A stretch of DNA of 64,000 nt from Blasia pusilla. Its lineage: Eukaryota. Every line of letters starts with the position of its first letter. Positions within the stretch are counted from its first letter, which is position 1. The DNA lies in contig CM114271.1 of NCBI GenBank assembly GCA_050084515.1, forward strand, positions 37,324,001 to 37,388,000, in the 5' to 3' direction. Position numbers and translations under genes: made by a program. The notes under the pieces are model-generated. The model did not search any database and was not told the origin of the DNA. It saw only the letters and a list, made by a program, of their open reading frames with translations. Shown here one piece after another: positions 26,022 to 36,825 of this stretch.

Positions 26022-26957
26022 CTCATCAAGCGGTAGATGAACAAGATGTTAGCTTAACTGAAATAATATCTTCTCAAAGAGGTCCCCGGTTCAACTCTCC
26101 CCTTGGACAATAGGAGCCATCCTCAACCCTAAGGCACTGACGTTTCCTACCTAGGATATGGATAGTCATTGTTTGAGAGAGAGTACGCCTTGTTCCTTTC
26201 ATGTGTGTGTGCCTTAACTATGCTCCCGAGTCAAGAATTTGGAAAACAAATCCAAACCTTCACTCCAAAACCAAATCTCCTCCGTGGAAACCCCAAACAT
26301 AAATGTTTAAAATCTAGATGTGAAGGTGCATGTCGGAAGCCAAGTCAATATCACATATCTGGAAAGGGTCCCATAAGCCACATAGACTTTTTCGAACTGC
26401 AACCTTAGCTACTAGCCGACCTTCATCATCTTTATCTTCCATTCTAGAAGTATAAATAATTTCCAAAGTGAAAGTAGTGCTTTGGTTACTCTCCTTCCCA
26501 AATTAATAAAAATTTCTATCTTTTGAGAAAAAAGAAATCGATGTGTCTCATAGGTTTTCTCTCCATGGCTATTTCAAATATATTTACATCTCTCTCAAGT
26601 TATGCGTAGAATTGATTTGGGTAAAAATACTCATTGGAGATGCATGATGGCACCAAGTGGATATGTTTGGTGTGTAACCACATGTTCTTACCCAAAAACA
26701 AAATAAAGTGCAACCAACATCTGATTAAAACCATCCAAACATGGACCAATGCTACTTAGTTCAATTGGAACATCCAAGTAGACTTCCTATGGACCCTAGA
26801 GAGGGCTTAAAAAGGCAAATTAGTGATCCCCAAAGAGGAAGATATTTTGAGGAAATCTAGTTATGCAATTAAGTGAAAGAAAAATGACAAGAAGAAATTA
26901 TATCCATTGTGCCAAATTCTTTTGAAGAGATGACAAGCAATCAAAGAAAGTCCTTGG

Positions 26958-27095
26958 TGTCGTGCGCATACATATCGCTACATAACATACATCGCTGGTC
27001 ACATCTACACTACACAACACTAATCTTCCCCAAATACGGGTCGATCCACACATGTACAAAAATCAACTCATACATATACATGGAGATCACACAAC
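26958..27095 (-). repeat. Terminal repeat segment A1 (138 bp)
   Basis: Direct repeat of 27578-27715. Confidence 0.93.
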
Positions 27096-27109
27096 AAAAA
27101 TTAAGAGTA

Positions 27110-27575
27110 GTAAAAACGGCACACCCGGCCTAAAACTCCACTCCTCAATCTACATCCGCATATCGAGCCTTGTCCACCCTAGGCTATCAAGGAATCCGGA
27201 CGCTAGCACCCTAGTCATATCTCACACACATACAAGAGAGGTGCTCCAACGGCCCAACATGAGAAAGATGGCTTAGGAAAGCCATCTTCCTCTCTTATAT
27301 AGGGTTGGGAAGAGCCAAAAGGCTCTTCCCCTAAAAATAGCTATCCCCTTGATAACCTGTGCGCACAGGTTACCAGGGGCGGGTGACATGGTCAACAAGT
27401 CATCCGGCTATAGAAGACCTCAATAGGAAAGTTGTCGAAAACAACGTTCCTGACACAATGGACCTATCCTCAACCTCATCCGACACTGTGGGATAAAGTT
27501 ACACTCAAGATAGTCCACTGGCTCCTACGCCCTATCCACGATAGATCTTGGCCTATCGGCTACTCAGATGTGACA
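27110..27575 (-). repeat. Repeat segment B1 (466 bp)
   Basis: Ungapped direct repeat of 36360-36825, about 39 mismatches by manual count (~92% identity), mostly transitions. Confidence 0.95.
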
Positions 27576-27577
27576 GT

Positions 27578-27715
27578 TGTCGTGCGTATACCTATCGCTA
27601 CACAACATTCATTGTTGGTCACATCTACACCACACAACACCGATCTTCCCCACACACGGGTTGATCCATATATGTACAAAAATCAACTCCTACATATATA
27701 TGGAGATCACACAAC
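27578..27715 (-). repeat. Repeat segment A2 (138 bp), joined to B1 through 2 nt
   Basis: On the minus strand: PPT-like tract, A2 ending CGACA, then AC, then TGTCAC starting B1. Confidence 0.93.
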
Positions 27716-27724
27716 CGCCCCCCT
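27716..27724 (-). promoter_or_regulatory. Polypurine-tract-like sequence
   Basis: AGGGGGGCG lies directly before GT-TGTGTG (start of A2), downstream of the pol stop. Confidence 0.6.
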
Positions 27725-27791
27725 AGTTGGCAGTTGGATCCCCCCAACTCCAGATAGAAAATATCACATCTCTCTAACATGACCTACTACC

Positions 27792-27935
27792 CTATACACA
27801 TCTCAAACACATCCATCGTCTCGTGGGAACTACATCAAGAGGGGGGGTTCAGACATGACATATGCCACCCTCGAGAACAACCATCACATACCAATATGGT
27901 GGTTGCATCCCTCGCAGATCCGCACAACAAACACC
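27792..27935 (-). pseudogene. PHD finger at the integrase C-terminus
   Basis: CLLC..ILVCDGCSRGWHMSCLNPP, then LDVVPTRRWMCLRCV* after correcting one frameshift in the G run at 27841-27847: a complete C4-H-C3 pattern. Confidence 0.85.
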
Positions 27936-28429
27936 TCAAGCCTGCACGTACCACTGCCAAACTCGGATCCAGTGTCCCGTCTACGTTCGAAAGATGACAT
28001 GGTGCACAATTGCGCCCATGATCCTTCCAAACCATACAATCCCGTGCCTCCAATATGAGGACTCCGGTCGGTAATACCTCGCGCACACATAGGATCGTGC
28101 GTCCTGCAGTGACATCCAACGTCATGGGTACCGCCTCTTGTAAATACACGTAATCTCCAGGATGAAACCTCCTAATCCTTGAACGATAACCTCCTCCACG
28201 AATGGTCGCGTACCTCAATGTATCTCTATGTTGAGCAATAACTAAGTTCTCAAAGGCCATAAGCATAACTCTATGAAAAATTTCCGCCCTTTGAGAACAC
28301 GCTTGTCCCCACACATCTGGATCATCAAGATCTTAGACCTCCGCCATGTCACGTTGAATAGCTACAAGTAAATCCATCTCTCTCCCAAAGAGCAAGAAGT
28401 ATGGTGAAAATAACGCAAAGGATGCATGC

Positions 28430-29060
28430 TAACTAAAGCGATAACCCATAGCCAACCATGGCAACTGTAGGTCCCACTCCCTCAATTGTCCTCGCTGCAA
28501 GCCATACTTGCGCAATCCTCTCTTCACCGTCTGTACTACTCTCTCCGCCAACCCATCCGCCTCAAGATGATCTCTAGATGTGGTGCAGTGATCTATCAGC
28601 GTCTGATCACAAAAGGCCTGAAACTCTCCCCTGAACTCGGTACCTTGGTCAATCAACACCTCCGCCGGTGCACCAAAGTGACTAAGCACACGACTAGAAA
28701 AGCATAGGTTGTTCCCTCGCTCGCCTTGTCCAATAGTGCCACCAACTCTATCCACTTGGAGAAATGCTCCACCATGACCAACACGTATCTATGATGACAC
28801 CTCGTCAATGGCAAAGATCCCGCAAAGTCTAAACTCCACTGATAACCTAAACCCATAATCGGCAAAGGATGTAACTGCGGAGTGGGAGCATTGAAGGATG
28901 CTCACACTCTGTCACATACCATACATTTGGCCACAAACTGTTGTATCCCAGTATGCATGCCGCGCCACCAATACTGAACTTGGAGTAAGCTGTAAGTACG
29001 CTTCACTCCAAAATGTCCCAACTCCTCATGGGCATGTCGCACTACACGTGCTCGCTGGGA
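28430..29060 (-). pseudogene. Gypsy-type DDE integrase (degenerate)
   Basis: WSLDFAGSLP, VMVEHFSKWIELVAL, FGAPAEVLIDQGTEF, ADGLAERVVQTVKRGL. Confidence 0.9.
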
Positions 29061-29439
29061 AGGATGAGGTACCACTCATATCCTACCATCTCCCCTTACC
29101 CGCCAAATGTGAGTCCCCTTCCACCTGAACCTCCTGGCTTGCCGTAGGATCTGATCCCGCTCCCTAGCACTCATTGTGCTCGCTATGACGCCAGTGTGCA
29201 AGAACTCCACAACCTCCACGTCATCATGGATATCACGACCACCTGTCGCCTCCTCACTGACCTCCGAATCCAAAGACTCATCATCCAACCCCACTACTGG
29301 AGTCATCACTTGTGGCTGACCTACCATTGTCAACCAACAAAGATAGGCATATGCATGCCAACCGGGCACTATCTCCTCATCACTCTCTCCGTGCCATCGA
29401 GCTCTTGTATTGTCTCTCTGGCTCAGACATGGGTTACGA

Positions 29440-30480
29440 CTCAACCCATTCACATCTTGGTTTAGCCACTCCCTCTCCTCATCATCCCTCTGAGTAAGCA
29501 CTGCTCCTAGATCCAACATGCTCCAATCCGTATGTAAATGGAATGGGTGACCCCTAACCGGTCTCTGTAAAATAGATAAGGAGGTCAACCTGTCCTTGAG
29601 TTCCTAAAATGTTGGCTCCTGATCATCTCCCCACAACCAAACCTGATCAAGTCTCAACAAGGTCAAAGACTTTGCAATCGCACTACAACCCTTCACATAC
29701 CGTCGATAGAAGTTTGCCAGTCCAAGAAACGCTCAAACTCGACTCACATTTGTAGGGCGTGGAATCTGCGCAATAGCCTCCTCCTTTGTCTGATGAGCGC
29801 CTAACCCACTCGGGTATATGGTGTGTCCCAAGTACTCAAATTTCTCCTTCAAGAATCTACACTTGCATGGATGTAACTTCAGTCCATGTAACTGCAATCG
29901 CGGAAACACCTCCTCCAGGTGTCGCTCATGCTCCTCAACCGTAGAACTGAAGATAAGAATGTCGTCTATGTAACACCGTACAAAATCAAAGCCAGCCATA
30001 ATCCTATCCATCACTTTCTGAAACTCTGCAGGCGCATTCTTCAACCCCAAATGGTAAGAATTGCCATTGATACAAGAAATCTCTCCAGAACCGATCTATC
30101 CCCCATAATGTTGTCTTCTCCTATCCTCCAACTTGATAGGAAGTTGATGATAGCAAGCACGAAGATCTAAAGTATTGAAGATCTTTGCATGCCCTACCGC
30201 ATCAAAGATCTCCTCAGGCACGGTATACCAATCTGACCTCGTCTATCGGTTAATAGGAAGGTAATCTCCACACATCCGCCTATCCGTCCAATTGCCATAC
30301 ATATCCTTCTTCGCCGGCATGATTGTGGCAGATGCATACTCCCCATGTGATAACTCCACAAGGCCTGCCTCCAACAAGTCCTGACTCCTGCTCTGAATCA
30401 AGGCTCGCTACATATCAGAATACCTGTAGGGTCGACGAAAGATTGGCGTATCACTAGCCAACTCAATCTGTATCCCGGGA
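29440..30480 (-). pseudogene. Gypsy reverse transcriptase and partly deleted RNase H
   Basis: GLKNAPAEFQKVMD, YIDD at 29961-29972, LKLHPCKC, YLGH; RNase H FHLHTDWS..LGAVLTQ. Confidence 0.92.
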
Positions 30481-30919
30481 CCCTTTAGCGTACCTAAGTC
30501 TCTCATACTGAAGACAAAACAACTTACATGCCCTCTCTGAAAACTATGAACTCACAGTCGCTCTCCTCCTATCAACTTGAGACATATCACAGGCTCTCAA
30601 GTCTCCATCATCACCTCACTCAGCGAGGACGGAACCTCTAGCTTTGGTTGCTATGTAGCAACCCTAGCCACCTCCGCAATAGTCACTCCACTATGACCTC
30701 CTACGCCATGCTCCACATCCAAAAAAACAAACATGTGCTACTCTGTCCGCCTTCGCACTCTCTGCTTGAATGACGTCCCAGGAAGTCCATGGGTGCCTAT
30801 CTCTCCTCGTCCCACCCCCAGCCAATGCCTGTATAGACCCTGTAGGAAATGGTCCAACTCGTGGACGTGACAACATGGATGACACTCGCATCCGTCTATG
30901 CTCAGCCATACCTAGGTTG

Positions 30920-31870
30920 ACTATCCATGTGAGACCGTTGAGGTCCATTGCGTGCCCCAACACCTGTCTCCCGGATGCCTCAATCATACTTGGCACCGCC
31001 GTAGTACCCGTAGCAAACCCCCTGGCGCGCTCGCGCTCATCTGTTGTAGGCTCCTCTAATGGTCATGTCACCTCATCCCAAATCATGCCTGTCCCTCCCT
31101 GACAAAAGGCATGGGATGCAGGGAAGCTCACCAACGTAGGTAAGGCTGCCCTCAACTCCCCCACCCTATTGGCCATCGCCAACGGTGGTCTATCATCCCG
31201 CGTCACCACCTGAGATTGACGCCCAAAGCTCAAAATAGCATCCACTATGAGATGTGGTGCTCTCTATACTCTATCGTATGCTCGACTAAATACCTCTGAT
31301 GGTATTAGGTTCGTCCACCATAATCATGGACAATGGGCACGTGATCCAACTCTCGCTGCATCTTGCAACACAACAGGTCCCAACCAGGACCTCACCTGAT
31401 GCACACTCGTCATCACACGTGCACGAGTGTCTCCCAACAATGGCACGTTCTCCAAAATGTACGCTGGAGAAGATGTCTGACTCTCCTGCAAGTGTTGTAC
31501 TACTCGCAACATCTCTCAAAATATCCATCACCTCGGATCTTACAATCCAAATCCTCGCACAGCTGATGAATGACCCTGACATGGCCATCCAGAAATCACC
31601 AAATGAATAGTGCCAACTCTATCCAGGTCCTACGCCCCCACCAAAGAGATGTCCGTGGGTAGTGTATGCAGATATCCCCGTATTGCAGATACCGGCAACA
31701 ACTCACGATACCTCTGGACCAATCTCGCTACGTAACGTAGTGATACTAGTCGCGTAGTCTCATGTCTCTCCACATAAAGGTACTGATGCACCCGTATGCA
31801 TGACTGCAATACTGCAGCCAATATGGTGCTAATCCCTCCGAAGAGATCTAACACCCTAACACCCTCCTTG
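30920..31870 (-). pseudogene. C5-cytosine DNA methyltransferase domain (DNMT3-like) within the retrotransposon pol region
   Basis: One reading frame broken only by in-frame stops. Motif I VRVLDLFGGI; II YLYVE; III LPTDI; IV HLVISGWPCQGHS (GWPCQ at 31576-31590); VI YILENV; VIII DAARVGSRAHCP*LWWTN; IX ERERARGF; X RQVLGHAMD. Confidence 0.9.
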
Positions 31871-32249
31871 GACATTACCACACAATGGGTGTAGTATCCA
31901 GTGGGATTAACGTCTCCACTTCAGGAGCCCGATCCCCACGTGACTCTCGCTGCTCCGGGATAAAGGCATGACTCCACACCTACCTCACGAGGTCGTCGAC
32001 ACTCCTTTGTAGCTCTTGAGTCATACCTCACAATGGTGAAGAGTTCTCGCCCATAGGGGAAGAGACATCCACCATGGCCAGTCTCTCCGTGGGACTATCC
32101 GCTATAGGGACATCCTCCGCATGTGCATTCCACTCCAACAACTCTCCTCGCCAACTAACACTACCTATGAAAGTTGCCAACGTGATCACAGACTCGTCTT
32201 GTGATTGACCACCTCGTCCCACAAACTGCACGGGTAACTGACTCATCTG

Positions 32250-32620
32250 GCCATCACCTGACCGCCATCCTAGTCGATAAGCAACGGTCTCCTTCCAGAA
32301 GTCAAGGATGAATCCTAGGGGATATAACACTGTACTCCCTACCAACACATTATACGACTCATGTGGTGTCGTAATCGCACGTGTGTGCACCATAGCACTA
32401 ACTGTTGCATGCTCTGGCTGGACTCTGACAACTATCTTCTGTTGAGTCATATACAGCATGGGTGACACGCCCCCAATCGAGATCTGTATCTAGAAGGAAT
32501 AAGTCTCAATGTCGGCCTTCTGTATCCCCAACGCTAAACACGCCGCCTTCCCTAACATCAAGGGCTGCGCTTCCGAATCAAGTAGGACGCGCTACGGGTG
32601 GTATACAATCCCCGTTGGAC
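32250..32620 (-). pseudogene. Retroviral-type aspartic protease
   Basis: RVLLDSEAQPLMLG (32551-32591) and YNVLVGSTVL; copy 2 retains LLDSGAQ. Confidence 0.75.
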
Positions 32621-33449
32621 TAACCAAGAAAAATACTCCAGCTCGGTTATCCAGTAACATTACTCCAGGTGTTACCACTGCTCGCTCTATGGCCGGTCGA
32701 GCTGGCATATCTATCAACTTCGCCGCCGCCGTATGCCATGACTCTGTTGGGGACATCCCGAGCATCGGCTCTGAGGGCAAGTCCACCACCTCCTCAACTA
32801 CCTCTGACCAAGAAGTAGTCACCTCTCCACGCTCACACAACGTGGCGGCCAGCCGGAACACCACAGCTCGTCCAACTCCCAATGTCGCCAACTCTATGGC
32901 GGAAAATAGCGGAGTCTGACTCACTCAGGTGGCCACCTCCAACACTATGGTCGACACTGAGTCCACTCGAGCTGGCATAGGAGTTTTCACTCCAACTCCT
33001 CGTGACGTCCACCTAGATGCCTGAGCTGTAGGCACCTCTGGTTGTCGAGGCACCATCAATGGTGTGTGTAGTGCCTCCGACAATGTGAATGATTGTGGAA
33101 CCCTGGCTTGCCGTCCATCGGTCCCCTCCGGTAGGTCAATCTCAACTCCACCTCTCGATGGCTCGGTGCCTCTCGTAGCATCCCGAGTCACCACTGCAGC
33201 CGCCTCAACCTGAGCTGCACTACACATAAACCCAATACTGGCAAGATCCTCACCCGGGTCAGGGTAAGAGGTAGAAGCTGGAGCCACACTAGTTGCTCGC
33301 GGCTCCGTGCCTTCCGTGAGTTGCATCATCATCATGACAGCAATCCTCTGCTCTAAATGATCGATGCGTGAGAGAAATGTTGGCTCTCGTGCTCTTGCTC
33401 CATCTCCTATGGCTGGTGGTTGTCCTCTACCACCACGTCCAGGAAGAAC

Positions 33450-34629
33450 TCCCTGATCTCCTCCAAGACGACCACCCCCAGGCCCTCGGCCTATCTCTAG
33501 ACGTGCCTCTCAACGAAGGTCAAATCATCTATCCCTAGTGGGACCATATCTGGGGCAATAGTCACACTGGTATTGTGGTGGGGCCATCCTCTAGGGCTCC
33601 TAAGCAATCAGAAGCGCTCGTGGTCCTCTCCCATGCTCTGTGTAGTCTCTCTGCCTATGGGCCCCTCCACACGTCCAGCAAGACAACATATGTAGGTACG
33701 GGTCGTTGCCTCATAGGCTCACAATATCCGCCCTGCTCTCTGGGCACACTGGCCTCCTCCTGTGGTATTGGTGCTCATTGTGGCACCTGTGCGGTCACCA
33801 TCGCTCGTGGACCCGTCGACTCTCAAGAAAATCCAGCGGTCACTACCTGCTCCTCACTCATGTTAAGCTCAATACGCTCAGAAAAATCATAGACCACCTT
33901 CAATGTGGGCTTCGTTGTGTGAATCAGCACCGCATCTCGGAATCTCCTCCGTAGTTCTCGGTCTAGATTCCCAAACCAATACTGGACGGACTGCGCCTGA
34001 GTCACTCCATACGTAGCATTGATCAGCCTCCTCATGCGCGTTAATGCCTCTCTTAGACTCTAACCTGATTGTCGCTGAAAATCATGTAGACTCTTCAGCT
34101 TGTCAATGCGTACACCCTGGTAGCTCTTCCCCAACTTTCGGAAGAACTCCATTGTGGGGCTGAAGCTGGGTGGCCCTCTACCACTAGAGGTCTCTGCCAC
34201 ATCGCCTGTCTCACTGCCCTCCTCTCCATCTAGTCTCCGGCCTAATGGTGTGGGTTTCTCTCCTCTCACAATCCCATCATATGCATCGCGACCACTAGTG
34301 GACACATACCCTAGAGCCCAATACATCCTCCAGGCATCGATCTCTATTGAATATAGTGATCAAAACTCCATGTAATCATCCATCAAATGACCCTCCAAGT
34401 GCTGGAACAACCCCTTCCATGCCATGAAAGGGTTGAATCGTGTTGGGGTCCGTATCTCTTGGTAGTCGCACCACGTATCAAACTCTTGGATAAAATCATC
34501 TAAGTCGATGGTGCCCACTGCACCCAAGAAACGACGCATGTCTCGATGGCCCATGTCATCCATCTCCTGCCAAATGATATTGCCTCCGTCTACGATCTCG
34601 TCACAAGACCCAATATCTAGTGATGACAA
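33450..34629 (-). pseudogene. gag-like region (degenerate)
   Basis: DLDDFIQEFDTWCD..FQHLEG..DDY and LHDFQRQSG, plus zinc-knuckle remnant CDYC near 33560. Homologous blocks occur in copies 2 and 3. Confidence 0.75.
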
Positions 34630-36347
34630 TCTAGCCAGAGATGGATGTCACGGTAGCTCCTCACTGGTAACCCCTCGGTATCTCACTCCACTCTATGTCA
34701 CACCTCTACTACTGCTCGCACTTCCCCGTTCTTCCGAACCCTGGAAGAACGTCGTGATGACAACCTTGTCTCACCTGCTCAAGCACTCAGACTCACCGAA
34801 AGTCTCCCACACTCTTTACTAGCTCACCTATGCTAACGTCGATCTTGTGATGAATACCAAACCTCATGCACACTCAACACTCATGCTCACCATGAGCCTC
34901 CCAACTGACTCACCTAACCTAGTGACACTCTCTCGGGTCATACACGCGACCCCTACTTGGAAAACGTCGTACATCCACCAACATGCTACACATGAAAAAA
35001 GCCTACACTCGTCACCATCACTGCACCCACCTAGCACCAACTACTACCCGATACCCAGCACTCTCAATCACACACGATAAGTGCGGGAAAAGGGACTCAA
35101 ATGGGTAACCTAATCACGCCCTCCAACCTACTGTATCGTCAACACACACTCCTCCATGTGGTTCGACAACCTCTGTAGCACAACCATCTCCTTGTACAAC
35201 ACGACAAAAACCTCATGTCAATGGATGCGGACTACCCATCAGCATCAACATACTAACACTCCGTCATCAGCTCATCGTTGTAGAGGTTCCATCTCGACCC
35301 CAACTATGTAACTCTCCTCAAACCACATCATGGCTCCTACCACGTACTCCGCCCCAATCTCTCTTGCTCATCCTAATCATCCACTTCCCATGAAGCGCGC
35401 AAGACACCGCTGATCCTTGGGGCCCATAAAGTCAAACATCACCAATCACCTGTAGGGAATTACTCGATCCAAGCTTGAGTGCCACCCTTGTCCGCCTCCC
35501 AGGCTGGACCCGACCTCCGGCTCATGCTTCTCTTATTATCCGTATTGCTGCCTGAGAGATTGAGACTCCCGCCCCGTCGATCCAAGGACCGCGATTACCC
35601 CAAACCCTGCCCAAAATCCCGCTCCACCAGTTCCGTCTCCCAACTCTCCACTTTTGGTTCCCAGCTTTGTCACTTCCGGCTCCTGGGTTCATCACTTCCG
35701 GCTCCCTTTTCCTAGTCCCGCACTGAAGTTCGGGCACGCTGCCTTATGCAACTGCCCACGTTCTTGGAGGTCCTTTCTCCCGACTCTCCCCTCTCTACCG
35801 CGGCCTTGGCCCTATGTGGCCCGTTGAGGGCACGTAACCCTATGCGGTTGCAACCCTACTTCCCTCCATCCTCAGAGCCTGTGATGCGCGTCCCTATGCA
35901 CCCGGTCCACCAAACCTCCCCCGTGTGACACTTGGCGGCCACACGATTGGCTAGCTTTACTCAGCCCGACCTGGGTACCTTCCGCGCCTTCCTCCCCACT
36001 CATAGTGCCCTATCCCTATCACCTGCGCGATCTAACCCTAGGCGACCTAGCCGCCCTTTACTTGACAGCCCCCCGGCGGTTGCAAGCCCTAACTCTCCTT
36101 CTTGGTTACTCCCAGCATTCTTGCTATTAGATGACGTTACACCTACCGTCACAACCTACGCTACACCCTACTCTTGTCCCCAATGAACCCGCACCATCAA
36201 AATCTGAAAAAAACGGACAGCGCTTCCGCGCATAGCCTTCTGAACAGAGAAATGACCAACGCCCGCAACACACGCATTTCCAAGGGCTCTTGACCGAGGC
36301 AACTCCCTTGCCTACCTGCAAACAATGAATTCCCACCAGCCCCCTAG

Positions 36348-36361
36348 CATCTTTCTCATGT
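36348..36361 (-). promoter_or_regulatory. Putative self-priming primer-binding site
   Basis: Minus-strand ACATGAGAAAGATG at the inner end of B2 is the exact complement of LTR sequence 27257-27270 (one mismatch to the B2 equivalent 36507-36520), which lies ~30 nt downstream of a TATATAA box. Confidence 0.75.
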
Positions 36362-36825
36362 AAAAATGGCACACCCGGCCTAAAACTCCACTCCTCAATC
36401 TACATCCGCATAGCGAGCCTCGTCCACCCTGCGCTATCAAGGAATTTGGACGCTAGCACCCTAGTCCTATCTCACACACATACAAAAGAGGTGCTCCAAC
36501 GGCTCAACATAAGAAAGATGGCTTAGGAAAGCCATCTTCCCCTCTTATATAGGGTTGGGAAGAGCCAAAAGGCTCTTCTCCTAAAAATAGCTATCCCCTT
36601 GGTAACCTGCACGCATAGGTTACCGGGGGCGGGTGACCTGATTAACAAGTCACCCGGATATGGAAGACCTCAATAGGAAAGTTGTCATAAATGATGTTCC
36701 TGACACAATGGACCTATCCTCAACCTCATCCGACAATATGGGACAAAGTTGCACTCAAGATAGTCCGCTTGCTCCTATGCCCGATCCACGATAGATCTTG
36801 GCCTATCGACTACTGAGATGTGACA
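36360..36825 (-). repeat. 5' terminal segment B2 containing a TATA box
   Basis: Repeat of B1; TATATAA on the minus strand at 36545-36551. Confidence 0.93.

Larger units (their letters stand above)
26958..36825 (-). mobile_element. Near-full-length degenerate Ty3/gypsy retrotransposon with DNMT and PHD domains and split/permuted LTRs (copy 1)
   Basis: Domain order gag-PR-DNMT-RT-RNaseH-IN-PHD. Plus-strand termini are TGTCG..GTGACA. TSD TTGG at 26954-26957 and 36826-36829. Confidence 0.93.

Noticed and set aside
26958-27575. A1+B1 as an ordinary solo LTR (TG..CA) next to another element
   Set aside because: It has no TSD of its own (TTGG versus GTTG). The TTGG TSD pairs with 36826, and the PPT and PBS positions define the LTR as A2+B1.
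26958-36825. DIRS/PAT tyrosine-recombinase retrotransposon
   Set aside because: It has a clear DDE integrase, an aspartic protease and a 4-bp TSD. The methyltransferase is C5-type, and no recombinase motif was seen.
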